64,000 bases of DNA from Verrucomicrobiota bacterium. GTDB lineage: Bacteria; Verrucomicrobiota; Verrucomicrobiia; Opitutales; Cerasicoccaceae. Position 1 is the first letter of the stretch, and every line of letters starts with the position of its first letter. A program made the position numbers and the translations under genes. Shown piece by piece: positions 36,261 through 46,011 of this stretch. Where the stretch lies: NCBI GenBank assembly GCA_039818205.1, contig JBCBUK010000003.1:96001-160000 (forward strand). Direction: 5' to 3'. The notes under the pieces were generated by a model. That model was not told the origin of the DNA, did not search any database, and saw only the letters and a list, made by a program, of their open reading frames with translations.

Positions 36261-37463
36261 TTAGAATTGGACGCCGAGACTACCAAATATCTGCCAGCGG
36301 TCGTAGCGGAAGAATCCATTGTCCGAACCGTTGAACTGGTAGCGTGCATCAATCGCGGCGAATGCCCACTTGTTGATGTCATATTTGACGTTAGCGGTGG
36401 CGGCGTAATTGTCGTCTGTGCGGTCAAGTCCGTTGCCATCGAGGAACGAATGGGTGTAGTTGAACCCAGCGGTCGCGCTCAATTGGCGGATGAATTGGTG
36501 GCGGGCAGAGACGCCAGCGCCGATTTGGCGGAGGCCTTGGCTGCCAGGAGATTGGCTACCGTCTGCATCAGCAGTCAGGCTGAACACGGTCTTTTCGTCG
36601 AAAGCGTAATCAAGACCCATATTGATGAATGGGTAAACATAGTCACTCAAGCCCGGGGACTTGGTGTAATCACGATAGGTAACACCGAACTGTGCGTTAC
36701 CAGTGATCTTTGGAGCGAGAACGCCAAAAGCACCAACAAAAAGCGTATGGTCGAATGATTCTAGAGCCGAACGCGGAGGTACTGACACGCTATCAGTATG
36801 TTGGTAGCGAAAACGGTAACCCGCATCGAAAGAGAGTTTTTCGGAGTAGTAGTATTGCCCGTCCACAGATGCGCCAGTGGAGAGGACGTCACCAAATGAA
36901 TCCCCGCGGTACTGCTGGTATTGAAAGAACGGTGTTACGCCGACACCATACTTGTCGTTCAAGCGGTGAATGATGTCGAGGGTACCATTGTAGTTCCAAG
37001 ACGTCGTCCGTTGGCCAACGAGGTCATTCGCCTCGGAAGTCCGTTGGATGCCAACCAGTGCGCTGTAGGAGGTCTTTGAGTCGATGCCGTTTGGTCCGCT
37101 GAGCTTCAAGTAGAAGCTTGGGTCGATCGAATCGTTACCACCCTGATTCACAATAGTAGGTCCGCCAGGTGTTAGAACGAGGACATTACGATCACTTCCA
37201 GTGTCATTGAAGAACTGAAAGCTTACGCTTGCTCCAGCCTCTAAAGAGATGATGCCGCGCTCACGTATAAACGTGACTGCGGGAGTAACCGTCAGGATGT
37301 CGTCGCCCTCCTGACCGTTATTCGCATTAATATTTGAGTCGTAACCGTATCGAGCGGTCAACGACACACCAACCTCTCCGCCCATAACGGAGAATAGACC
37401 GAAAGCCTGGTTGGAAAGAGCAGCAATGGCAGTAGCCGCAATAAGAGTAGTGCTTTTTCGCAT
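36261..37463 (-). CDS. Outer-membrane beta-barrel protein (BBP2/polysaccharide-locus type)
   Basis: Signal peptide, GYDSNI start motif, alternating aromatic/polar strands and C-terminal ...GSLGVQF. Confidence 0.85.
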   Translation of the reverse strand: MRKSTTLIAATAIAALSNQAFGLFSVMGGEVGVSLTARYGYDSNINANNGQEGDDILTVTPAVTFIRERGIISLEAGASVSFQFFNDTGSDRNVLVLTPGGPTIVNQGGNDSIDPSFYLKLSGPNGIDSKTSYSALVGIQRTSEANDLVGQRTTSWNYNGTLDIIHRLNDKYGVGVTPFFQYQQYRGDSFGDVLSTGASVDGQYYYSEKLSFDAGYRFRYQHTDSVSVPPRSALESFDHTLFVGAFGVLAPKITGNAQFGVTYRDYTKSPGLSDYVYPFINMGLDYAFDEKTVFSLTADADGSQSPGSQGLRQIGAGVSARHQFIRQLSATAGFNYTHSFLDGNGLDRTDDNYAATANVKYDINKWAFAAIDARYQFNGSDNGFFRYDRWQIFGSLGVQF

Positions 37464-37571
37464 AGCCTGTATCTTGCAGAATTAGTCGCAGTTTATGTGC
37501 TTTTAATAGTGGGTTGACGGGCTGGCGCAAGATTATTTTACATTTGTCTTAATGTGGGATCCATTATTAAG

Positions 37572-38465
37572 TCACCGTTCTCGAATGCCTAGCATCACCG
37601 GAATAGGCCTTGATAGCCAACGTTTTGGCTCGATTGCGCATTCATAGGATGAACCGTCTTTGATCACAAAGGTCGTGCTGGATCCGCCATCAAGGTTTGC
37701 GGCATTGTGTGCGCCGATTTTTATAAGTAAGTTCGCGAGATTGGGAAGAGACGCTCCAAGGTTTCGGGGGTTGGAGTTGTTTTGGGGAACAACGACAATA
37801 TATAGCCACTTTTTGTCCTTGGAGATTCCGACTGCCGTCCGAGCGGCTTTGCGCAGATCAGCTTCTGTTTTTCGGTCAATTTTTCCGTCACTAACTAACC
37901 AGCTGAATCCATTGAGCATCCATTGTGCTCGTTGCGGAATTTTATCAGTGAGCCAATATTCTCCATTTATGTCCTGCCAGAGGATGGGGAAGTTGGGAGC
38001 CACTTGCTCCCCATATATTGGACCGCCGCGTGGCATCGTGAGCCCACGAAGCTGCACCGGTGATCCTGGGATGTAGCTACGCCAGGTCTCGGACTTTAGC
38101 GGAGTCTTCCCCGGGAGAGCGAATGGAGTGGCATTAACCGATAGGTTAAAATCGGCGACCCGTGCCGTGCTCGTTGCCGGCTCGAGTCGACCATCGCCCA
38201 GTGTTGATGAGTTGGTGTATGCCGGATTGACCCACAGGTCGATCTCGTAAGTCGGGTCGTGGAGGTCGAGGCGTATAATCTCAGCCCTATAGCCGTGTTT
38301 AGGGTCGACTTTTGTCCACCAGCTTAGCGGTTTATGGTCTTCGGTCGGCGCGAGCTTAGACCGCAGTTCGCGGATGGAATTTTGGCGCGAGGAATCGTCC
38401 CAAGAACTCAGAGCTAGACCAAGGCCGAAATAGGCAATCAGTAAAGTTGATAGGCTCAGTCTCAA
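37572..38465 (-). CDS. Phosphodiester glycosidase (NAGPA/EpsL-like) family protein
   Basis: ARTAVGIS, GASLPNLA and NLDGGSST motifs; hydrophobic N-terminus; the TTG start overlaps the upstream stop. Confidence 0.85.
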   Translation of the reverse strand: MRLSLSTLLIAYFGLGLALSSWDDSSRQNSIRELRSKLAPTEDHKPLSWWTKVDPKHGYRAEIIRLDLHDPTYEIDLWVNPAYTNSSTLGDGRLEPATSTARVADFNLSVNATPFALPGKTPLKSETWRSYIPGSPVQLRGLTMPRGGPIYGEQVAPNFPILWQDINGEYWLTDKIPQRAQWMLNGFSWLVSDGKIDRKTEADLRKAARTAVGISKDKKWLYIVVVPQNNSNPRNLGASLPNLANLLIKIGAHNAANLDGGSSTTFVIKDGSSYECAIEPKRWLSRPIPVMLGIRER

Positions 38466-39781
38466 TCAACTACATCGACTGTCGCAGGGCGATCTCCCTG
38501 GCCACAGAGCCAGCGGTATAGATCAGACATGTCACGAGCGATACCCGGCCAGGTGAAATGGTCGAGAACCCATTCGCGCCCGCGTTTACCCATGGTTTTC
38601 CGCTCTGCATCACTGATATTTGTGGCTTGATGGAGAGCTTTTGCTAGCGGATCGACGCCAAGATCACACCACCAGCCGCACTGTTTGTCTTCCAGGCCGC
38701 TCCAGGGAGTGCCTTTCGTTGTGATCACTGGGGTCTCGCAGCTTAAGGCCTCGGCCACAGAAAGACCAAAATTCTCGGTGTAGCTTGGTAGGACAAAGAG
38801 TTCTGCCTGATGGAGGCTTTGCCACTTTTTTCCGTCATACTGCGGAGGTGAAAAGCAGATGTCATGGTGGACACCGAGTTTCTCCGCAAGTTTCTGGATC
38901 TCGGCAACGTGGTTGTTCTCCTCAGGTCCCATGATCTCAATGCGCCAGCCAGGCTGGCGAACCTTCGCCCATGCCTGGACAAGATTTAGTAGGCCTTTCA
39001 CTTTGTGAATGCGGCCCAAAAACATGATCGTCCGAATCTCGGGATTGGATTTTTGCTTTCCGGCAAATGCGGCAAGATCTTGATCGGAGACCACGTCAAT
39101 TCCATTGGGAATAACTGCGATGGGCGTAGTTAATCCAAGGCGCCGTAGGTCATCTTTCTCTGCGTGGCCAGTGGCATGGAGGCAACTCGCATGCTGTAGG
39201 GCATTCTTCTGGTAAAGGCGCCAGGCGACCTGTTTTTTTAGAAATTTATGACGCATTGCCCAAGCTGCAGCCATTCCTCTGGGCGAGATAAGGTAGGGGA
39301 GGTTGCTCTTGCGAGCGTAGGTCCCAGCGGCATTGAGGAATGGTAGCCAGAGTCCATTGATGTGGATGACTGAACGATTTCTGAACTGGCAATTGATCGA
39401 GGTGCTTAGGAAGTCGTCCGCGTGGCTAGCATCCGATTCTAGGAGGCAGCACTCGGGCCCATCAAGTACGAGAGGGGAGTCACTATTGCGGGAAACGATC
39501 GAAACATTCATTCCCTGGCTCGACAGTTCACGGCAAACTTGAGGGACGGATCGGGAGAGCCCACCAGAGCTCACATCCAGATCTTTGACGAAGTGAAATA
39601 CTTTGAGTAAATTGGAAACTTCGGGTGCGCCAGGTACCTGCTCTCGATCGATATTCCAAGTGGGAAGGTCAACGATCGCCCGTCTTCCGTTGGTTTCAGG
39701 TGCAGTAGATGGGTGGCGCGGCTCTGACTTTTTGAACCGTTTGGAAAAAATTTCGGCAGAACTTTTCAGTAGTGTAGTCAT
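38462..39781 (-). CDS. Glycosyltransferase family 4
   Basis: ISPRGM, IPNGID, FLGRIHKVKG and ENFGLSVAEAL motifs; start uncertain. Confidence 0.9.
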   Translation of the reverse strand: MTTLLKSSAEIFSKRFKKSEPRHPSTAPETNGRRAIVDLPTWNIDREQVPGAPEVSNLLKVFHFVKDLDVSSGGLSRSVPQVCRELSSQGMNVSIVSRNSDSPLVLDGPECCLLESDASHADDFLSTSINCQFRNRSVIHINGLWLPFLNAAGTYARKSNLPYLISPRGMAAAWAMRHKFLKKQVAWRLYQKNALQHASCLHATGHAEKDDLRRLGLTTPIAVIPNGIDVVSDQDLAAFAGKQKSNPEIRTIMFLGRIHKVKGLLNLVQAWAKVRQPGWRIEIMGPEENNHVAEIQKLAEKLGVHHDICFSPPQYDGKKWQSLHQAELFVLPSYTENFGLSVAEALSCETPVITTKGTPWSGLEDKQCGWWCDLGVDPLAKALHQATNISDAERKTMGKRGREWVLDHFTWPGIARDMSDLYRWLCGQGDRPATVDVVD

Positions 39782-40328
39782 AGGAACCCCTTGATATTTG
39801 CGAAGAAAGAGTAAACTTTGACGCAAATTTATTGTGTAGCGTAGTAGTGGTGGTCTTTATGACGAAGACTGCCCGGCTCAGGAAGCCGTATGCAATGTGT
39901 TCTCTGCAGCTAGATTTTTCTCCGAAAGGAAACGTCGTTTTAGCCGACTGAAACAAGGATTCGTCATAGCACTGAGAATCAATGCCAGCCCAAATTATTC
40001 CCCGTTTTTGACGGTGTAGTTTTAGCAGCCCCTTCATAAAAACAGACGTCAACTTAGGACTTTTTTTACAAAAGGCGAGCCCAGAATATTGCATATAGGA
40101 AACTTACCCTATTCTAGTAGATCAGGAATTGGCCTAGATTCTCGCGAATCAGTCTCACCGTATACTCTCTGAATGCATCGAAAACGATGATCTTTGGGGA
40201 TTTAGCTGATGATTGAAGGCTGTGTTTCGTGTTCCTAAATCTTTCGATACTAATTGCTTAGGTTCTATTTTTCCCAGTTATAGAGGAGCAGGATTCGTTT
40301 TTGCGGGAACTTTTTCCCTGTAGGGTAG

Positions 40329-41771
40329 CTATTCCGATCCAAAGATCAGTCCAGCAATTAGTAATGTTAATACTAAGATTTGAATCATATTCTGGGTGTC
40401 GCTGCTTAATCCCAGTCTTGAATTTTGGTCATTGGTTCCGCCTTTGGAAAGAACATCCCCTCCTGCTATCTGGTTGATTGCAAAAAAGACGCCGAACGCG
40501 ACAATACTGCCTTTCGTGAGCTGGTTGAGCACAACGAGGAGCTCGGTTTCGGCCTTAATCGCTTGGTAGAAAATGAGTGGAACCCAAAATACGAAACTTG
40601 GACTAACCGTTACTTTCTTTCGTATCAGGCAATAAATCCCGCTATACACGGCGCCCCAGGCGAACATAAAAATGCTTCCGCCAAATCCTCCGAAATTCGC
40701 ATATCCCTCACCAATGATACTGATCCCCATAGACGTACCCTTCTCCAGGTTTAATCCGGTGAATCGGACGAAGGTTTCTTGCCCTCCGGCCATCGCTTTG
40801 TTTTTCAGTACAGCCCGAGGGAAGACTGCGCCAATAAAGGCGTTTTTGATCGTTTCGCCTTCAGCGTAGGGTTCAACTCGTGGAACGTTCAGCATGACTG
40901 CCGAAATAATCCATCCCTGGTTAATGCGCTGCCCCGCAGCTTGGAGGGCGTCTTTATCAGCAAATGCTTGGTCGTTGACGATCTTGTCGTAGACAGTTTG
41001 GACCAGAGAGGCGCTTTCGCGTCCGGACCATACCTCTTCTCGATAGTCGGTTTTAGCAAGTTGGATGATGAACACGCCGAGCAGACCGGTCAAAAACAGG
41101 AGTATCTTCTGACCGGAGCGAATTCGGGTTGTCTGATACCAGAAACACCCGAGCAAGGCCATCCAGATGATGAGGTCGTGGAACATCGCCGACTCAGCAC
41201 TACGCACGAAGAGCGTGCCGACACAAATAGCGAACATGATCCACCGGTAGTGATGACCGGAAAATAAAAAGTAGAGGGCTGCAACATAACGCAGCTGAGC
41301 TAAGAGAAAGAATAGAAACGCTAGTGATCCCCCAACGCGGTATTGCAGGAACTGTGCAACGAGGCTGATCACAAAAAGCATGATGCCGATCTGGAAAAAC
41401 ATCGGCTCTCGAATCGAGCTGAGAAATGCTCGGTCGTTCCATCTAAGGTTAAAGGTGCTGAGACCTGCTAGGAAAAGACAAGTGGCCGGCAGTGCGAATG
41501 CAAAGTATTCGTTGGCAGGTACATACATCTCGTAGCGTTCGGCGATAGTACCGTAGTTGTAGCCAATTACCGGTCCGACAAGCCATTGGAGGGAGGCGAT
41601 AACTCCCGTTATTTCGACAATGGGAATATATTCTTCGATCGCATGATAGAACTGGTAGAAAGCGAGCAGGAAAACGGCGATGGCCAAGGCGTCGTTGGAC
41701 AGCAACTGAAAACTGCCGAGCATGGCCATGAAAATCATGATCCCGATAAAAACTGGCCTTGGTATCATCAT
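40329..41771 (-). CDS. Wzy-like polytopic membrane protein (putative polysaccharide polymerase)
   Basis: About 11-12 TM helices, periplasmic loop RINQG...FPR...K and GEGYANFG motif; lies inside the GT cluster. Confidence 0.6.
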   Translation of the reverse strand: MMIPRPVFIGIMIFMAMLGSFQLLSNDALAIAVFLLAFYQFYHAIEEYIPIVEITGVIASLQWLVGPVIGYNYGTIAERYEMYVPANEYFAFALPATCLFLAGLSTFNLRWNDRAFLSSIREPMFFQIGIMLFVISLVAQFLQYRVGGSLAFLFFLLAQLRYVAALYFLFSGHHYRWIMFAICVGTLFVRSAESAMFHDLIIWMALLGCFWYQTTRIRSGQKILLFLTGLLGVFIIQLAKTDYREEVWSGRESASLVQTVYDKIVNDQAFADKDALQAAGQRINQGWIISAVMLNVPRVEPYAEGETIKNAFIGAVFPRAVLKNKAMAGGQETFVRFTGLNLEKGTSMGISIIGEGYANFGGFGGSIFMFAWGAVYSGIYCLIRKKVTVSPSFVFWVPLIFYQAIKAETELLVVLNQLTKGSIVAFGVFFAINQIAGGDVLSKGGTNDQNSRLGLSSDTQNMIQILVLTLLIAGLIFGSE

Positions 41772-42883
41772 GACAGTCGAGCGATGAGAGGTTCCAATGC
41801 GGCTTCGGCAGTAAAGCGCGCGATGGTATCCGGGGAAGTCGGAATATTATTCGTTAGAGACGGAGACACGCCTTTGAGCTGTTGGAAGTCGATTTTTTTC
41901 AAAGCAGGGCAGCTTTGTTGGTCAGATAATTCGGAGATTTGTTTCATAACACTCGGATACCAGACCTCAAGGCCGCAGGCCCAATACTCAAACAATTTGT
42001 TGGGTGCGTTATAGACAAAGTTTGGCGTATTGCCACGGTAAAGAATCAATCCGACATCAAATTGCCCAAGTATTCTAGGGAGTTCGTCGTATTTCCAACC
42101 TGCTTTCTTTAGCTCTACGTTGGGAAAGTTTTTCGTTTCTAGCCATTCCCAGACATCCGGGCGAACATTGTAGCCGCCAATCGTTAGCGAAACCTGTTTC
42201 TCATGCTCTGCGGCCCACTCGGTTATTTCACGGATGAAGGTGTCTTCAAAGGAGGCGGAGCCAACATAAACCAGGCGGATTTTGTCTCCTGGCAATTTCG
42301 GTTTGGCGTGACTTAGCCAATTGGCTGGTGGGTAGTTTGGCCAGATGTCAAATTTCTCTTCGGGAAGCTCCGGGGTTTCTTCTCGAAGCAAGCGTAGCCG
42401 GTTGTCATTGGTCTGGGAAATCCATTCGGCTCGTTTAAAGAGGAGGCGAGATTCGAGGGCGTGTCCATATTTGAGCAGAGCCATCCCTGGCTTATCATAC
42501 TCCGCCTGCGAGTTGTATTCGTGGTGGTGAATGAACAGGCGAGCGTTTCCTCCAAGTAGGTAGTAGTAGATCCAAACGGCATAGGCAGAATGTGGCTCGA
42601 CGGAGATAATCGCATCGGGTGCAAAGCGCCTCAGGGCTAGGGCACATTGCCAATGCCAACTAAGGTAGAGCTTTGCCCGTTTAAATCGCCGTTCGCTTGT
42701 CGGGTATTTCGGGCGGTGGATTGCTGCTCCAAGGCAATCGAATTCCTGAAGGTCATTGGTGTTTGCGCTGGACCAAACGGATAGCTCGAAATCCGGGTGC
42801 TCTCCGAGCAGGCGGATGGTATTAGTGGCCGGCGGAAAGATCTCGATTGGCAGCGCGTGGACGTAGGCGATCTTCTTGCTCAT
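41768..42883 (-). CDS. GT-B glycosyltransferase (GT4-like)
   Basis: WPNYP, LVYVGS and PNKLFEYWACG motifs. Confidence 0.78.
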   Translation of the reverse strand: MSKKIAYVHALPIEIFPPATNTIRLLGEHPDFELSVWSSANTNDLQEFDCLGAAIHRPKYPTSERRFKRAKLYLSWHWQCALALRRFAPDAIISVEPHSAYAVWIYYYLLGGNARLFIHHHEYNSQAEYDKPGMALLKYGHALESRLLFKRAEWISQTNDNRLRLLREETPELPEEKFDIWPNYPPANWLSHAKPKLPGDKIRLVYVGSASFEDTFIREITEWAAEHEKQVSLTIGGYNVRPDVWEWLETKNFPNVELKKAGWKYDELPRILGQFDVGLILYRGNTPNFVYNAPNKLFEYWACGLEVWYPSVMKQISELSDQQSCPALKKIDFQQLKGVSPSLTNNIPTSPDTIARFTAEAALEPLIARLS

Positions 42884-43923
42884 GACGTGAAGATACCGGT
42901 TTGAATCAGCAGCTTCTTAAGCACGGTTTCGTAGTCGCGCCCATCACGCTGAACCCGCTGGGTTCCCGCTGCTGTCATCGCTTCCAGTTTGGCGGGATTC
43001 TGGAGGAGGAAATTCATTTTCTCGGGTAGCGCTGCGTAGTCGTCTACGAACAGTGCTTCATCGTCACTGAAATAGTTGGCGGTCTCAGCATTGCGTTCGG
43101 TGGCGAGAACGGTGCCGCAGGCTGGAATCTCGAAGGTCCGGGTTGTATGTAGCTCCGGGAAGCGACGGGAGAGCAGTCCGAGGCCGAAGCGGGCGTTGGA
43201 GATCTCAGCCGAGTAGTCCTCACCAAAAACCTTGTTTCCGATGAATTCAAAATTCTCATGAGCTTGATGCGCCGCGCAAAATCGATCCCAGCCCATCCCG
43301 CCGATTCGAATGTTCAAGCCAGCTTTGACAAGAATGCTAGCGCATGTTTCGCGATCGGGCTCACATAAACCAATAAAAATGACGTCGGCTTTCTTCTCGG
43401 CAAAACCCGCTCGTGGGGAATGTAAGTTGCTGTCGTAGGCCTGTGTTGTCGCGATCAATCGCTCCTTGGGAATGAATGCTCCGTACGCATCGTGTTCAAA
43501 GCTTTTGGTTGTGATTGCCCAGTCGTAATAATGGAGCGATTCGTTGAAGCCCTTGAACCGGTTGGTGTGAAAGGCCGTGTCGGGCGTGTAGTGAATCAAC
43601 GTTTCCGCAGCGGTTCGCATCTGCTGGGTCGTGGCTGGAGTCAGGTAGGATGCCTTGTCGACCCAAATAAAGTTCTGTTTGACTGATGGCAGACTGCTGC
43701 AGACCAGGCGGTTGGTTTCGCTAAGGACTGGACCTTTTTTGAAGCGCATGGCAAGGGTCCGCTTCCACTTTGCAGCGTCATTGTAAGGCGGATGGGTGTT
43801 GATCCAAGTCCAGATCCAATCGGGCGTTAACTGTCGGAGGACCTCTGCACGCATACGCGAGGTCGTTCCCTCCGTGAGAATGCCCACGTAGGTTGCCCGT
43901 TGAGGTAATCCTTTGGTCGACAT
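42880..43923 (-). CDS. CgeB/YkvP-like glycosyltransferase (Glyco_trans_1_2)
   Basis: HYTPD, DVIFIG..EPDR and HTTRTFEIPACG motifs. Confidence 0.82.
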   Translation of the reverse strand: MSTKGLPQRATYVGILTEGTTSRMRAEVLRQLTPDWIWTWINTHPPYNDAAKWKRTLAMRFKKGPVLSETNRLVCSSLPSVKQNFIWVDKASYLTPATTQQMRTAAETLIHYTPDTAFHTNRFKGFNESLHYYDWAITTKSFEHDAYGAFIPKERLIATTQAYDSNLHSPRAGFAEKKADVIFIGLCEPDRETCASILVKAGLNIRIGGMGWDRFCAAHQAHENFEFIGNKVFGEDYSAEISNARFGLGLLSRRFPELHTTRTFEIPACGTVLATERNAETANYFSDDEALFVDDYAALPEKMNFLLQNPAKLEAMTAAGTQRVQRDGRDYETVLKKLLIQTGIFTS

Positions 43924-43935
43924 GCTTAGTTTATA

Positions 43936-45099
43936 TCAGTTGGCCGCACTGACCACCTGCCCGGACCCAAACCAACGTTTCGAACATGTTTGCCCCTTGA
44001 TTGCCTGATCGAGCACCGTATTGAACGCGTTCAAGTAGGAATCCATACTCAGGCTTTCAAGCATCTTCGATGACTGTTCACGGAATGTCTGCTGCACTGC
44101 GTCGTAGTTGGCGACCGCTTGCTCGATGGCATTGGCCAAAGCCGATGGATCTTTGCCTTTGAAAGAAACGCCAACTTGGTAGCGCTGGCAAATTTCCCCA
44201 AGTCCGCCAGTGTCGGAAACGATTGCGGGTAGACCTGCTTCAGCGGCATCGAAGAGCACTCGCCCGAGGGGTTCTGCAGGGGAAGGAATCGTCAACAGAT
44301 GCAGCGGAGCAAGTTCGGTTGCCAAGTCTTGGCAATAGCCTCGGAGGTCGAAATAGTTCTTCAGGCCGTTGGATTCGATTGCCGCTTCAAATTCTTCTCG
44401 CTCTGCCGTGGTGGCCGCGTCCCCAATGATAACGAATTGCCAGTTGCGTTCGCCGGAGGACTCAATGATTTGCTTGGCCGCATTGACCAATAAAAAGTGT
44501 CCCTTGGATTCCGCGATTCTTCCGAGAAGACCGACGCGGATTGGTTCACCCTGCGGAGGCAATGTCCTTACTTTGCTTCGCAAAGCGATGTCGAGCCTGG
44601 CCTGTTCTAATCCTTGATAGAAAACGCACTTTTTTTCCGCCTCGATGTCGGTTTCGTTCGCGATGAATTCTGAATTGCAAATGAAGGCTTTAACGTGGCG
44701 ACCTGCTTCGGGAATCTTGCTGAGAAAACGGGCGTCTTCCAGTGTTTGGACCTGGCAGACGATTGGCACTTGGCAGTGATCAGCGACTTTGTTGGCGGCG
44801 CGGAGCATACCGGCTTGGTTCAGGTAGATGAGATCCGGTTTCTGCCGTAAAATGGTCCAGCCGGTTTTTCCGTATGCTTTGAGTTTCGCCAGTTTGCTTT
44901 GGGCACCAAGGTTACGCGGCAAGGTGTAGTGGCAGGGAAAGCCATCTCGCTCGAGAATTTCGTCGAAGCCGCCGCCCTGAGGCAGGATAATCTCCCAATT
45001 GTAGGTTTGTTTGAAACCCCGCAATAGATCGAGCAGGCAATACTCCGAACCATAGAGTTGCCCAGAAGGCTCGATGGCAATGATCTTGGCGAGTGACAC
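43936..45099 (-). CDS. Glycosyltransferase family 4
   Basis: LYGSE, LGRIAESKGH and EPLGRVLFDA motifs; GTG start. Confidence 0.85.
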   Translation of the reverse strand: MSLAKIIAIEPSGQLYGSEYCLLDLLRGFKQTYNWEIILPQGGGFDEILERDGFPCHYTLPRNLGAQSKLAKLKAYGKTGWTILRQKPDLIYLNQAGMLRAANKVADHCQVPIVCQVQTLEDARFLSKIPEAGRHVKAFICNSEFIANETDIEAEKKCVFYQGLEQARLDIALRSKVRTLPPQGEPIRVGLLGRIAESKGHFLLVNAAKQIIESSGERNWQFVIIGDAATTAEREEFEAAIESNGLKNYFDLRGYCQDLATELAPLHLLTIPSPAEPLGRVLFDAAEAGLPAIVSDTGGLGEICQRYQVGVSFKGKDPSALANAIEQAVANYDAVQQTFREQSSKMLESLSMDSYLNAFNTVLDQAIKGQTCSKRWFGSGQVVSAAN

Positions 45100-45110
45100 C
45101 TTAAGGATGA

Positions 45111-45968
45111 CTACTGGGCGGGCTTCTGGCAGAGCCAGTGTTCTTCGTGGTCGATTCCGATCACCTCAATGGCGAAGCCGGCGGTCTCCAAGCGATTGCG
45201 AATTTGCTCAGTTGAGCTGCCGAACTTTGGCAGGTAAGGTGGGTGCACACTGAGGAGCAAGGTAACGTTGTCGCGGGCTAGTGCTTCGCTGGCGCCTGAT
45301 AGGACCAGGTCCTCGGCACCCTCGACGTCGCACTTGATGATGCACGGCGACTCAGCTGGAACCGGCCATTCTTGAAAAATTGTGTTGAGCGAAATGCGGG
45401 GCAACTTCTCGAAGTCGATCTTGGTGTCGAGGTTGACGTAGTTCATCCGCTTCGGGTCACCCTTTACGTTTGGCGAAGCCAAGGTGTCCGCGGTTTGTTT
45501 GCGGGTTGATTCGAGGTCTCGGTTGTTGGGATCTTCCGGTGAAATCAATCCTAGGAGAAGCTCCAGTTTTTCGGAATTAGGGGTAAGCGAGCAAATCTTT
45601 CGCGCTATCGCCAAGCTTTCGGCATCGGCATCAATCGCGAGCACGGGCATCGTGGGTGCCTTGAAGCGGGCAGCACAAGTTAGATAACCGAAGGAGCATC
45701 CGATATCGATCACGACACCTTGCGGGTTGTGCTCAATCCAGGTGTTGAGCGCGGCGACACATTCCGGCTCATAGGATTCTATCTCCTTGGAGCAGAATTC
45801 GGCGGGCAAACGAACCTCCATGACTCCGCCGACCAAAACGCTCAACCCAGAGCTGCTGCTGTTCATAAAACTGTGGTATTGCTTGCGGAGTGCGTTCCGC
45901 AGCCAAGGCATCTTTGGGATCAGGGGATTGCGACGAAGCAATCGATCCATTTTTGTGTAAATATCCAT
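45111..45968 (-). CDS. FkbM-family methyltransferase
   Basis: IDIGCSFGY, IKCDVEGAE and SVHP motifs. Confidence 0.85.
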   Translation of the reverse strand: MDIYTKMDRLLRRNPLIPKMPWLRNALRKQYHSFMNSSSSGLSVLVGGVMEVRLPAEFCSKEIESYEPECVAALNTWIEHNPQGVVIDIGCSFGYLTCAARFKAPTMPVLAIDADAESLAIARKICSLTPNSEKLELLLGLISPEDPNNRDLESTRKQTADTLASPNVKGDPKRMNYVNLDTKIDFEKLPRISLNTIFQEWPVPAESPCIIKCDVEGAEDLVLSGASEALARDNVTLLLSVHPPYLPKFGSSTEQIRNRLETAGFAIEVIGIDHEEHWLCQKPAQ

Positions 45969-46011
45969 TGCGATGGGATCTGGATGTTGATGGTTGAGCG
46001 AACTCCCGGGA

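Noticed and set aside
39900..39960. c-di-GMP-I riboswitch suggested by a GAAA-tetraloop hairpin
   Set aside because: It is on the non-coding strand relative to the downstream gene and lacks the other conserved elements.
39696..40094. 132-aa minus-strand ORF in the intergenic gap
   Set aside because: It overlaps the GT4 start, has no recognisable motifs and has atypical composition.
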